64,000 bases of DNA from Camelus dromedarius (Eukaryota), in the NCBI RefSeq assembly GCF_036321535.1, contig NC_087437.1, positions 54,252,001 to 54,316,000 on the forward strand, written 5' to 3'. The translations under genes were made by a program, and so were the position numbers. This document shows, piece by piece, positions 49,816 to 62,465 of the stretch. The notes beneath the pieces are model-generated. The model did not search any database. It was not told the DNA's origin and was given only the letters and a program-made list of their open reading frames with translations. Position 1 is the stretch's first letter. Each line of letters starts with the position of its first letter.

Positions 49816-51554
49816 CCTTAGCCCAAGGTGCTCATCAACAGGTGGAGGCAATAAGGGCTCAGAGACGGAGCTAGACCTGCCCAAGGTTACACAGCAAGAA
49901 AATGTCATCAGGATGAAAGTTAGTGAACTGTCTAGTTTAAGTCCCTTTCTTCTGCAGGACGCCCTAATGAAGCTATCATTCCAGTGCCAGCACTATGAAA
50001 CAAACAGGGCAATCTCTTTCCTCTTTTTTATTTTTTTTCTCTAAATTTCATTCATGGGTATTTTTACAATTCACTTGACTAATAGAAAATCAAAGCAAAT
50101 GATTTTCCATCGTCTCCTTGGAGCTCTTGTCTGGTCTCAGCTGCCACTCCAGTTGCTGGGTTCTGCAGAGACTAATGCGCTTAACTAGGGATGTGCACCT
50201 AGAGTTTATTTGAGGGGGACCTTCTGATTGCTGGCCAGGAAAGGGAGGTGTGTTATCAGATGTCTCAGCTCCCTCAGCCTTGGCCCTCAATGATCTTGCC
50301 AGGAAGAACTATGAACGACAGCATATTTTAGAATCACAAAATGACAAAACTGGGAGAGACATTAGAGATCATCTCATCCAACCCCTGCAAGTTGCAGGTG
50401 GAGATGCTGAGCCATAGAGAGAAATGACTTGCTCAGTTTTTTTCCAACAAGTTAGTAGCATATTTGGGTCAAGAGTTCAAATCTCCTGCCTTTCAAGTCA
50501 GGGCTCCATGCTATGTACTTCTGCCCACACTTCCCCCCAGCTCCCCCCACCCCGCCGCCCCAGTTAAATGGAACGGATAAACTGAATAAATAAGTCACCT
50601 GGGCAGACCGCATCTACCCCAGAATTCTGGAGTAAGTCATGGGTAGAACTGCCGTGCTATTGTCCAGAATGCATGTTCAGTCATTATAAATGGCCACTGA
50701 ACCAGAGGGAATGTCACATTGCCAGTGGGTCTCCCACCCATCTGTGGGGCCACCTGGGAAGTCTAAGCTGCTAAACCTCGCTGCCATGACTGGAATCCAT
50801 AAGAAGGAGTGAAGTCATGGAAATGTACAAGTGTAACCTGTTAGGGGATAAAAAGGACTTTAACAAAGCAGTATTCTCTAGGAGACTAGGGCTAGGGTCT
50901 AAGTAGGAAACTATTGAAACTCAACGCTTTCAATTTTCTTAGATTCAAGATATCGGACTGGAGTTTTACATCAAAGTGCAGCTTGATTCCAGAATCACAG
51001 AGCATGGTACTATGTCATCTTTCATTAAGATCGTGGAAATAGTACGGTAATATTGTTGCAATCTCTCCCAAATAGATAATATTAACAAAGAGATCTCCAG
51101 AAATCAAAAATCACCCAAAATTGGGTTTTAATTCATATTTTAATAAAAGACATGGAAGAAGGAATACAAAGGAGTGAAATCTTCACTTTTTCAAATGTCA
51201 CTAAGTATTTCTAGTCATCATGGTGCCTCATTTTCTGACTGCCTTAATGGTTTCACCATTAATATTTCATTAGATGCTCAAGGAGCACCTGTGAGCTGCA
51301 CAGAGCGAGGTCTATCACCCCCCATTTGAGATGAGGAAGCCACACTTGAGGGAGCAGAATGTCTTTCCAAACCTTGCATGACTCGAATCCCAGTTGGACT
51401 CCAAATCCAGTGCACTTTTCATTACATAGTATTGCTTCTGGGGGAAGAAATACCACAGCAAACAAGAGCTGCTAATAGCCACACACCTCTTCAGAGGTTA
51501 CAGAGCATCTAGACAGCTCCCTGACACCAGGGGGAAATGCAGCTAGCTATGGAT

Positions 51555-51770
51555 AACCTGCTGTGTGTGACCAGGGGCTATATTGGATGCTGTACATAGT
51601 TGTCTCATTGAATTATAACCATGACTCTTTGAGGTGGGTGTTACTTTTCCTTTCTGCATATTAGGAAACTGAGCAAGGTTAGGCAACTTGCCCATGGTCA
51701 CAAAGCTAGAAATTGGTGAAGCTGGGATTTGAATCCTGAGTCTCTTTGGGTTCAAAGCCTGGGTTTCTAG
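51555..51770 (-). mobile_element. MIR SINE, near full length
   Basis: GGAAACTGAG...AACTTGCCCATGGTCACAAAGCTAG...GCTGGGATTTGAATCC. Confidence 0.9.
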
Positions 51771-52809
51771 GTCAAGTATTTCTATTATCTCAATGTTACA
51801 GTTGAGGATATAGACTTGGAGATTTTAATAAACCACAATTGTAGAGCTAATAAATCTGGGAGTCCCCAGACTTAAAATCTTAGGGTTATAAAGATCTCAG
51901 GAGAATGGGGGTGGGGTGGGTTGGGGGGAATGTAACAACCTGAGCTTCAGTCTGGACAAATATAAAGCAGTGCTCTTAAATAAATTATACCCCAATCTCT
52001 CATTATAAAACAATAGACTCTAATGTATCACAGCCCAGGAAATGTATTTAAGTTTGTTTCATTTCAATTCTATAAACAAGCACTGAGCATAGATGCTGTA
52101 CCAGGTACTGTGCAGGCCACTTGCATGGCTCTTCTCTTTCAAAGAAGTCTCTTACCTAATTTTTGGAGTAATGTTGTCCACAATTTCCAAAGGAAAATCA
52201 GTGACATGTTCAGGGTCACACAGCTAATAAGTGGCAGGGCAGAAATTGAAATCAGCTCTGACAAATCTGAACTCCGGTAGCTTAAGCTGAGGCATGTGGG
52301 TTTCATCGGAAGGAATATGGAAGCCAAGTAGAAAGACATTATCCCATATTCAAATGAAAGCAGTGTGCAGGCTCAGGGAAAATGTGGCAGTTCTATTCAT
52401 GAGCCTTCAACAAAAAGTCAGTGGAGCTGGGGAGGTGCGGGAAGGACAGAGGACTATTCAAATCATCAATATGATGAAGCTTGTTCGTATAAATATAGAC
52501 CTAACAAAATTAGATTTCTTTAGTCAAACGGGGGAAGGCTGAGAGGAGATATTACAATGGTTAATAGAATGGAACTATGTACTTAATCAGCAAATCTCAG
52601 AAAAACAGAACCATTCCAACCTCCCGTTACCCCAAAGTTTGCAAGAGTTAGACTTAGGGAAAATGAAAGGAAGTATGCTTTTGACGGTAGACAGTAAACT
52701 CAGTGAGCCCAGAGGTAGTAAGTGGCTGAAAGTGCAGATGCACAAATGGGTTTAAGAAGAGATTATTGAAATACCATAAAAACTCATAAATTCCACATGG
52801 GATTATTGA

Positions 52810-53080
52810 AGATGTGTGAGACCTTAAAGTTGACCTGGCCTAACTTGCCACTTCATGGGCATCTACTTGGTCACTCCCAGTGGTGAAGAATTTGCTCTCT
52901 CCCAACACAGATCATTCCAGTGTTGAGAGCCCTGCATGTCAAAAGGTGCTTTCTTAGATTTAGACAAAGCTTACCTCTATGTACTACATTCATTTGGGTT
53001 CTATCTCTGCCTTTGAGAGTCCATACAACGTCTGAAGACTCTTCCTTTTTACATCCCGTCAGATATTAACTCTCCAGCTC
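52810..53080 (-). mobile_element. L3/CR1 fragment
   Basis: CACTCCCAGTGGTGAAGAATT...CATTCCAGTGTTGAGAGCCCT...TTCTTAGATTTAGAC...CATTCATTTGGGTTCTA. Confidence 0.65.
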
Positions 53081-53496
53081 CTCCTCCTATTTGTTGAAAG
53101 TCAATGTCATGAACAGAAATCATATGTAGGCAGCAGTTGTGAAGGGGGACTTTCTAAATTCTAAAAGAAGAGAATAAAGTGGTATTTCCAGCCTTGAGAG
53201 GACTGAAGGAACAAGTAGTGGACTGGAAATCAGGAGACCTAGATTCTAGTTGAGCTCTGTGACTTTTTATATGAAGCCTGTGTCACTGTATCTACTGCTA
53301 ATTAGTAAATGGATCTTAAAGGGCAGGGACCTCACATTTCTGGACCACAGTTCCCTCTCTCTCTCTAACACATCCCTCTCTCCTTAACTTCAGAATCACC
53401 TTCCAGTTGCCTTTCAGGTATCTTATTTTCATGTCCAGCAGGCAGTTTATGCTCATTATGTTTAACACCAAATTCTCCCCTCCCACCCTTCCCTCC

Positions 53497-54071
53497 TTTT
53501 TATTTCCAGCTTTGTTGAGATATAATTGACATATAACATTGTGTAAGTTTAAGGTTGATTTGATTCACTTAGAGATTGCAAAATTATTACTACTGCAGCA
53601 TAAGCTAACAGCTGTATCATGTCACAAAATTACCATTTCTTTTTTGTAGTGAGAGCATTTAAAATCTACTCTCCTTGCAACTTTCAAGTATATAATGCAG
53701 TATTATGAACTCTAATCACTACACATCACCTGCTGTACATCAGGTCCTCAGAACGTGCTCATTATATAACTAGAAGTTTGTATTCTTTGTACCCCTCAGC
53801 CGCTGATAATTGCCATTCTATTCTCTGTTTCTGTGAGTTTGACTTTTTTAGATTCCACATATAAGTGAGATCATTCAGTATCTGTCTTTCTCCATCTGAC
53901 TTATTTCATTTAGCATCATACCCTCATCGCCCATCCATGTTGTTGCAAATGGCGGAATTTCTTTCTTTGTTTTGGCTGAAAAATACTCCGTTGCACACAC
54001 TACACCTTCTTTATCCATTCATCTGCTGATGGACACTTAAGATGCTTCCATGTCTTGGTTATTGTGAATAA
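53497..54071 (-). mobile_element. LINE-1 3' end, L1MA9-like
   Basis: GCTTTGTTGAGATATAATTGACATATAACATTGTGTAAGTTTAAGG...TAAAATCTACTCTC...GCAACTTTCAAGTATATAAT...TAGATTCCACATATAAGTGAGATCA. Confidence 0.92.
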
Positions 54072-54764
54072 TGGACCACAGTTCTCTTAACTGTAAGATA
54101 AAGAGGTTGAACAAGATAGTGTTCTTTCTCCCTACTGCCCGTGATTTTCTGGCATCAACTTGGTTAGCAAGTGGTAGTTGTGGGACCCCAGCCCACTTCT
54201 GAAACTCTCTTTGATATACCATCACTGGAAAGGAGTTTTACCAGTCCCTTAAAATGGACCAACACAACTGGGTGGAAATTTCATTGACCACAATTATTGG
54301 CCACTAGCTGCCCCATCCCCATTCCCTGTGAAAGTAGGTTCATCTAAGGATAAAGCAGATTTCATCAAATTTTTGTTCATTTTCAGCTAAGCTGCTTACT
54401 AATAGCCAGATAAAGGTTAAGTAGAAAGCAAGCAATAAACAGAAAGAACAATTAAAAATTTCGTTTCACATCTTGGAATGGATCCATGGGGGCAAGGACA
54501 ATTCAACAGACATGTTTAGGGCCAGTAACACAGGGTCCCTATATGACATGAGCAAAAGGGTTTTCTGTCTGCAAAAACCCTATGAGAATGATGAAACGTG
54601 AAAAGGTCCCTAAGCATTTATGCTGAAGTTTACACAAGCCAAGGGGCAGTGCTGGAAAGACTTAGGTATCCAGAGCTTTCTGAGTTTTCCCAGCTGGTTG
54701 GTGGCACAACTAAAGCTCATATCCCTCTTCCAGCACCCAATGTTGTGAGAGTTCTAATTTTAAA

Positions 54765-55150
54765 ACTTATTAAGCAGCTACTGCATGCCTGGCGTTGTGG
54801 TAAGCTCTTTGAAACATGTTATCACATTTAATCTCTATTATAAACTCTGAGGGAGTAGGCATTTCAGCTGCCTTATTCATGATTTTATTGCACATGATTT
54901 TATGTACCTGGCACATAATAGAGGCTTCATAAATATCTGTTAAATAAATTTAAGTGAGCGTATTAATATTATAATTTATTAATATTAATGAATTACGAAT
55001 ATCCCCATTTTATGATTAGGAAATTGAGGATCAGAAAGAGAAACTGCCTTAACGAAATTAAAAAAGGTTAGGAAGCAAGAGAGCTGGCATTTGAACCCAG
55101 GTTTTCTGATGGTCAGGGTTAATGCTCTTCTCAGTAGAGCATAACTGCCT
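54765..55150 (-). mobile_element. MIR SINE interrupted by a short L2 3' piece
   Basis: TATTAAGCAGCTACTGCATGCCTGGC...CCCCATTTTATG...GAGCTGGCATTTGAACCCAGG; L2 piece GTACCTGGCACATAATAG at ~54904. Confidence 0.75.
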
Positions 55151-56389
55151 CTCAGCTTAATTACCTTAAAAACCTAAAATAAAATTGGGGTTGATCTCCT
55201 CGAAACATAAAGTAAAATTCGTGGAACAAGCATGAATGTCTTAATGCTCATCTTTCTGCCATTCAAGATCTTCAGCTCTCACTGGGGACAGTAAGTCCCC
55301 TGCCCACGAAAGCAACATTGGAGAGATTTTAAAAGACTTAAACGAACAAAAACAGCTTGCAAATTTCATGAGCACATTGAATGTCTTCTTTATGGAAGAC
55401 TAATTCCGCCCTAACTTTCGGTGGTCCCGGGAGCGTGGCGGCTTGGAGCTGCATGTGCGGACTGGCAGGGAACAGGTCAGGAGCGAGCACCGCGGGTCTC
55501 ACGGGGCACCCCAGGGCTCTTCACCCCGTCATCTTCCTTGTCTGTCCCTCTCTTCCACGTCAGTCTTGCAAGGAGGCAGGACGCAGCACTAGCCCGCTAG
55601 TCAGTAGATGCGGGTTCTTGCCAAGGTTCCGACAGTCACTGACTTGGGACAGACCGTGGAAAAGCCCCTTGCCCCTCTTGACTTCGGTTTAATAAAAACT
55701 GCTTTATTTTAATAGAGGAGCTAACCAAAATGGTCCTCGGGCCCCTGTCCTCTCTGACAGTCTCTCACTGCATTATTCCCTCTTTCCCTCCCCCCACCCC
55801 AGACAGTGCAGCCACTGGGAGCCTGAGTGGCTTCGGGGACTCCCCACCGCAGCCGATGCTGGAGCCTCTTCACACAGCTGCACAGCCACGGCGGCCTCGT
55901 GCTGCACTGCTGACCGCCCCGATTTACCTATGCAGATGGGGCTATGAATAAACAGCGTCTGCCCACGCGGGAAACGGCCCACCTTCTGCACGTTCTTTTC
56001 CGCCTTTCACTTTTCATAAGCCAAGAATGGTCAACAGAAGGCTCCCTTTCCACCAGCTCCTCCCGTAGGGATCCCGTCCTTCATTCCACCTGCACAGGGA
56101 GGGCTAGGTTTGGAGAAGAGGAACTACTTTTCATTTTTTTCAGCAGCGTTTTCCATTTCTTGGTTTTGTTTAGCCTTCCTGTACACATACATACCCACAG
56201 AGAGACACACACAAAGCAGTGTGCGGTTTTCACTCATTCTGAGACACACACACTGGTCAGTCAATACCCATTGTTCTTGGATAAGAAGGACACCACTGCT
56301 GCCTATTTGGACATGACAATCCCTCATGCCTTGACTCAATCTGGTTTGACTTCCTCGGACAACCTCTGGCCTTTAACTTGTACCATGAT

Positions 56390-56750
56390 GCCTTCTCACA
56401 GATGACTTCTGGAGAGCAGTGGAAAGCCAGCCCATTCTTGAAGCCTCCACTTCCCAAACATGTTCTCCATAACATCTTCCCTCATCTTTGTCTTTGCCTC
56501 CCCTTTCCCTCACTTAGAATTACCTGTGCCTCTTCCATAGTCCCATGGCACATGTTATATACATTCTTACACACACACACACACACATACACATACACAT
56601 TACATGGTAGGCTTTGTCATGATTACTCGGAACCATGTGGTCTTTTTCCAAGCAGACCGTGAACCCTTTGGGACCAAGAGCTGTGTCTCATCCATGTTGA
56701 TATTCTGCATTGGCCTGGCTCAGGGGAAATACTAAGTGTGGGTGAATTCA
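56390..56750 (+). mobile_element. L2 3' fragment containing (CA)n at ~56569-56600
   Basis: AGACCGTGAACCCTTTGGGACCAAGAGCTGTGTCTCAT...GCCTGGC. Confidence 0.6.
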
Positions 56751-57159
56751 GTAACTCTTAATGCTCACCAGTGTGCCGGGCACTCTTCTTCCCTGTGACT
56801 TCTATCATGGGGAAGACCTTGAGGCCACTTAAGGGTTAAGTGGAAGCCTTATGATTCATCTGGTCCCACCCTAAGTTGCTTCTTCCAGCTTCTGTTGACT
56901 TCTCCTGTTACCAGGCATAAAACAAACACTGTCATCTCCCTTGTACCTCTTTTCTTGGTCCCCTGGGTTGCACTCTCGTGCAAGGCTCTTTTCTTTCATA
57001 TCCACCTTTCTTTGAATGTATTTATTTGTGTTTCCTCCTAACACATGCCTCAAAGTGACATTCTGAGTTTAATTGTGAGTTTATGGTTAACTTTATTTGA
57101 AGCTTAGATGGTAGAGCTCTTCTGTTTCCTGTTGCAACGAGCACTCGTTGACTTATGTC

Positions 57160-57560
57160 CTTATGGATTCATCCAATAACTAAATAGCAGCCCAGACACT
57201 GAGGGATACAAACTCGAAAGTCGTCCCTTTCCTGACTGCAAGATGTTCCCAGTCCAGCAGGAGAGACCGGACAGGCACAGACATCATGGCAACACCAGGT
57301 AGATCGCAACAAAAGCTCTAAAAGAGGAGACTGAACCATCAGGTATTAGATAGACTCAAGGCGTGAGGGGTCGCTCCTCTGGGAGGGGGCAGGGGCAGGA
57401 CCAGGAAAGATACCACACGGGAAGTGGCCCTGAAGTGGGCCTGAAAGAATAAGGTTGGATTTGCACTCCCAGGGAGAGTTGAGCAGCCGGAAAAAAACAC
57501 CAGCAGCGACATCCGGAGATGGAAAAGTACAGGACCAGGAAGAGTGAGTCGCTCAGCCCG
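57160..57560 (-). mobile_element. L2 fragment
   Basis: ATTCATCCAATAAC...CCAGACACTG...GGGATACAA...CCCAGTCCAGCAGGAGAGAC...GGGCCTGAAAGAATAAG. Confidence 0.7.
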
Positions 57561-58374
57561 GCTGCGTGCTCAGACGGAGCTCCGAGGACTATGGCTCAAC
57601 AGGTAGGCTGGGATCCATGTGGGGGTGGAATGGAGCAGGAGGAGGCTGGAGCCGGGAGAGCAGCTAGGAGGCGCCTGCGACCTCCTGGGTGAGAAGTGAC
57701 AGGGTGGTGGCAGTGAAAACGGAGGGAGGGGATGGGTGTGAGAGATGATTCCATGGAGCTGCCTCCATGCCTCCAAATCTCCTTGACTAATTCTCCGCAG
57801 TAACTCGTACACCCATGTTCACTGCTACCTTCCCCACCCCCTCGTTGGAAGCTTATCTTTTGATCTTCCAGGTGCATGACTTTCTGCCCAATTACTTGTC
57901 TTCAACCCATCAGAGCAGGTCAACCGCACAGCTCAGAAGTCTCACTGTCACACTCGGCCTGGGTTGCTCCCGTGCCCTGCCTCTGTCCTCAGCACTCTTT
58001 GTCTGCAGACGTGGAGGACAACAGCCACCATCTCCTGTGCCCTCACAGGGAGGTTTGGTCAGAAGATGGAACCTGGACTAGGACATCAGTGCAGGACGGG
58101 GGAGGAAGTGTCAGAGAGGGTGAAACGAAGTCCTCCTGGGGCTTCAGCTCATGTCCTCACCCCAGACTCAGCTTCCCCACATCCCTCTCTGACTGGGAAG
58201 CCAAGCAAGGACTGAGATGGCAGAGCCTGGGCAGGGGAGGGAGATGGGGAGGAGGCGCCCATTTTGGCCCAAGGAACCAACCCAGCTGTATAACCATCAC
58301 AGTCCTGAGAGCCCTGGCAGAGAAAATCAGAGCTGGGATCGCAAGGGTACTGCCCTGCCTCTACTGAGCAACGC

Positions 58375-58530
58375 GCCCTGAGCCTCTTGCTCTCTCTGAG
58401 CCTCAGATGTGTGTCTGTGTAACGGGGGATTATGACATCCACCTCTCTGCCCCCCCGTTGAGCTGTTTGTAAAGCTAGAGCAAGGTAAGTGAGGATGGAA
58501 GCACTTTGAATATGTAAAACACTATTTCAC
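58375..58530 (+). mobile_element. MIR SINE
   Basis: CTCTCTGAGCCTCAG...GTCTGTGTAACGGGGATTATGAC...GGAAGCACTTTG. Confidence 0.75.
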
Positions 58531-58639
58531 AGGTTGATTCTCATTCAACTCAGACCTCACTCTTTGGCACAGGTAGTCTGGTGAGAAGAAACAGAGATGC
58601 CTTGAGGGGTTATGGACATTCTTATTTTCCACGGAGCTC

Positions 58640-58800
58640 TGAGATGATTAGCCCTGTGAAGCTTCTAATCCAGTTTCTTCATTTGACAGATGAGAAACTG
58701 AGGCCCAAAGAGAGGGAATGAATGGGCCATGGTCACAAAGTGAGAGAGAGGACGAACTCAGGTCCCGAGAATCCCAGGTCAGTCCTTTTCCCTCCTCATA
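58640..58800 (-). mobile_element. MIR SINE
   Basis: CATTTGACAGATGAGAAACTGAGGCCC...CCATGGTCACA. Confidence 0.8.
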
Positions 58801-59227
58801 TCCCTGGTTCTCCCAACTGGAGCCAGAATGGAGACTACTGGCCCAGAGGCTGGGCTTGCTTAACTCCTGAATTACTGGTGAATAGATCAGAATGAAGAGC
58901 TTTGTGTTGACTCAGTCAGACTCCACTTCTTTCAATTACCATGCTTCGAATCCTGGATAATCTGTTCCTAAGAGCCAGAGGATTCATGATCTGAAAAGAA
59001 TGTCTCGGTTCCAAATTCGGGATGACCCATCACCCTTCTCGCCTCCTCCTCACGTGTTATTAGTCTCCAGGATAGGGGAAGCAAGGAGGATTCTGCCCAG
59101 GAGCCAGCAGCAGACAAGTATCAAGAGTGTAGGAGGTGCCTATCCTCCAATAAGCATTTCACAGGGGCCTCACCGTATTCCTAACGGCCCTAGGTGGTTA
59201 ATAATCTCAGAATCTCCATTTTCAGGT

Positions 59228-59255
59228 AAAAAAGAAAGGAAAGAAAGAAAGAAAG

Positions 59256-59341
<86 letters not shown>

Positions 59342-59352
59342 GAAGGAAGAAA

Positions 59353-59430
<78 letters not shown>

Positions 59431-59574
59431 AAAGAAAGAAAAGAAAGAAAGAAACGAAGAAAGGAAGGAAGAAACGAAGAAAGGAAGGAAGGAAGGAAGG
59501 AAGGAAGGAAGAAAGGAAGGAAGAAAGGAAGAAAGGAAGAAAGAAAGGAAGAAAGAAAGAAAGAAAGGAAGAAA

Positions 59575-59668
<94 letters not shown>

Positions 59669-59700
59669 GAAAGAAAGGAAGAAAGAAAGGAAGAAAGAAA
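59228..59700 (+). repeat. 473-bp compound (GAAA)n/(GGAA)n polypurine tract
   Basis: Only A/G apart from C at 59455 and 59475. Confidence 0.98.
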
Positions 59701-61194
59701 CCCTAAGACTCAGGTAACTCAAGTATCTTGAGTCACAAGCTAGTGCCAGGTTTGTACCTAAGATGTCTCTAAGCCGCAGGGAGATTTTTTCATTAGGGAG
59801 CTGTAGCTTCAGCTCCAAATCTTTTTCGCATGGGCTCCTGCAAAGCCTCAGAATGGTCGAATGGCATGCTCCTCTCAGCCAGGAAAGTCTATGAAACACT
59901 CTCTCTCTCTGTATCATCCACCAGGCTGTACGTTTCTGTCATTCATCATTAACACAAGTTTCTTCTGAGGATGGCACTGTGCTAGGACCAAGGGGCTAAA
60001 ACACACTGTGCTTTTGTGATTTTGAAAGCTGCCAAAAGCGGGGCCGGGGGTGGGGCACATTGCCAGATGGTTCCAAACAAGGGAGGACAGTCGTGCTACC
60101 CAAGAGAGGCACAGGTATGTGTCTGGCAGTGTCGAGGTGTGGAAACAGAGAAAGGAACACGTCTGCACAATTTGAGGGACCGTGTGTTCGGGAAAGGCCG
60201 GCAGGGGTGGGGGGAGGGGTTCTGCACTGCGGGATAAATGCAGGATGAGGAGGGCCCAGAGTTCAGGCCAGAAAGCCTGCAGCTGGTGTTGGAAGGATTC
60301 TGAGGCTGCGCTAAGATGCTGACTTCTTCCTGGAGTCCGCCCACATGTAGGTGGGGCACTTGGGCGGCTTGTAGAGCCTCAGTCTCCCCTGCTGTGAGAT
60401 GGGAGACTTGCACGTTGCCTGTCAGGGACCTGTGTGTGAGGTAGGGCAGGGGGAGGGGGAGCGATGGCAGAACTCGCTGAGCAACTCCAGGGGAGGATGC
60501 GAAGGGAATGCAAATCACAGATATTTATAATTGCAGCAAACTGAGACTGCAGGCCGCCAAGCACTCCCTCTGGAAATCCTGAAAACCTGCTGCCGTGGGG
60601 CTGTGCCCAGATCCCAGCTGGAGGCAGACTTCTCTCTTCTCAGCTCCTGCCAGGCTGTTCCTCGTACAACAAACAATAAGCTTCCCCGCGTAATTCCACC
60701 TACAGAGGAGGAAGCTCCGCACCCTCCTGCCCTCCCCTTTCAAAGAACCAGGCTGAGTCCTAAGTCCCAGGTCACAGCAAGCTGCTTTTTTGTCCTCAGG
60801 GCCTCACCAGTCAGCCCTGTCAAGGCTAGACTCCCAGAGCTGAGAAGTAGCTGAGAAGTAGCGAAGGAACAGTCCGATTCCCACTAGTTGCCTAACACAG
60901 CTGCTCGTGCACAGAGCCTCCTCCACGCCAGGCTTGTGCTAGGCGTCTGAGTTGCTGATGGGAAAGGATAGGGGCTGGCCTCAGAAGGAGAGGCAAGGAT
61001 CTGGGTCCTGACATCAGCGGAACATCCTCTTCCACCAAAGGAAGGGAAAGATCACGTTGATTCCAAACTTTCCTTCTTTTTTTACAATACAAATGGAACT
61101 TCTTTTTTAAATGTTATCTCTTATGAGACCCCACATAGGCATCTGGAAAGCACCCATTAGTGGCCCCCTCAGGTGCTTCGGAGAGATTCTAGAA

Positions 61195-61339
61195 CAGTGC
61201 TCCTGGAACTTTAACAAGCATGTGAATCCATAGTGGGTCTGGTCAAAAGGCAGAGTCTGATCTAGAGGTCTGGGTGGGACCTGAATTTCCAGGTGATGTC
61301 TCTGCTGGTGATCCATGGACCACGCTTACAGCAGTGACA
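61195..61339 (-). mobile_element. MER5A-like hAT-Charlie MITE
   Basis: CAGTGCTCC...AGGTCTGGGTGGGACCTGA...CCAGGTGATG...GGACCAC. Flanked by TTCTAGAA (61187-61194) and GTCTAGAG (61340-61347), the NTCTAGAN target typical of MER5. Confidence 0.85.
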
Positions 61340-62094
61340 GTCTAGAGTGCTAGGGATTATTGTTTGACAACCACTGATATTTAGGATGGAGAGACAATGA
61401 TCCTCCCTACTCCTCATCCCTGGAGAAATCACACCGAGGCTCCTGGACAAGCGTCTCCTTCCCTGGATGGAAGTCATCTTCTGTAGTCAGCTCCACACCA
61501 AGGTCCTAGAGTCGCCTCCTTACCTCCCTCTGGTTGGAAGGGTCTGTGAGCCCCACAGGGCAGTCTGGGAAAATCCCTCAGAGGCTCAGCCATGAGGAAG
61601 AGCTTTAAGGCATTGTCTTTACTCTAACAGGAAAGTACAAAACGTTCAGGCTAATCCTCTTTACCCCTACCCGGCACCCCAACATACACAGAGGAGACAG
61701 AAAGATTGACAGAGAGACAGACAGACAGAGATCAAGAGCGATCAAGCCAGTGTTCCCACCGACTTTTGAAAAGGATGGCCTGTGACAGTCATCTTCTCCC
61801 TGCCCTCTCCTCACCCCCCGCTGAATGAGGGCAATCATTTCCCTCACACCCTCTGTTCCTAAGGCTCACCCCCTCCAGGACTGAGATGCTCCCGCTGAGG
61901 TCAAAGGTATTTTTAGCTCTGCTCATGTGGGCCCATGCTTGGCCAACCCTCTCCGAACATTAATCTTGGATTCCACAAATGCCAGGTCTCCTAATCCAGG
62001 AGGCACAGGGGCGACAGGGAAATCTGAGCGAGTTGGAAAATGCAGCCCTGGGCTTTTTGAGGATTTTGTCCACATGCCGTGTCTGATAAAAACA

Positions 62095-62300
62095 ACAACA
62101 GTAACACCTAATGCTCAGAAAATGCTTTAGCATCCAGAGTACTTCCTCTGGTGTCATCTCATTTGATCTGCCCAAGAGGCTCTTGGGAAACATAAGACAA
62201 AAATGATTTTTACTTCTGTTTAGTGCAAGGGCCAGATGACTGGCAAGACGACAGAGCTAGTAAGTGGCAAACTTGGGTCTTCTGCCTCCAGGTCGAAGCT
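62095..62300 (-). mobile_element. MIR SINE
   Basis: CATCTCATTTGATCTGCCCAAG...ACAGAGCTAGTAAGTGGC. Confidence 0.7.
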
Positions 62301-62465
62301 CAGTGCCCTTTACCACCCCCTGGCAACTCCAACTTTTTGCTTTTCTCTCTGACTTGGTTTTGTTTTTCCTGCAGGGAACAATACTGGCAGATCTTCATGT
62401 GGAAAGCCTGGGCTCATCCATGCTTTTAACAAATGGAAGATGAGAGACGAGGAGGAAAGAGGCAG

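Noticed and set aside
54961..54990. AT-only palindromes (ATTAATATTAAT)
   Set aside because: Low-complexity sequence within repeat junctions.
59000..59917. Longest ORFs (243 aa KER-rich on +, 231 aa FLS-rich on -)
   Set aside because: They are translations of the GAAA/GGAA tract, which contains no stop codons on either strand; not genes.
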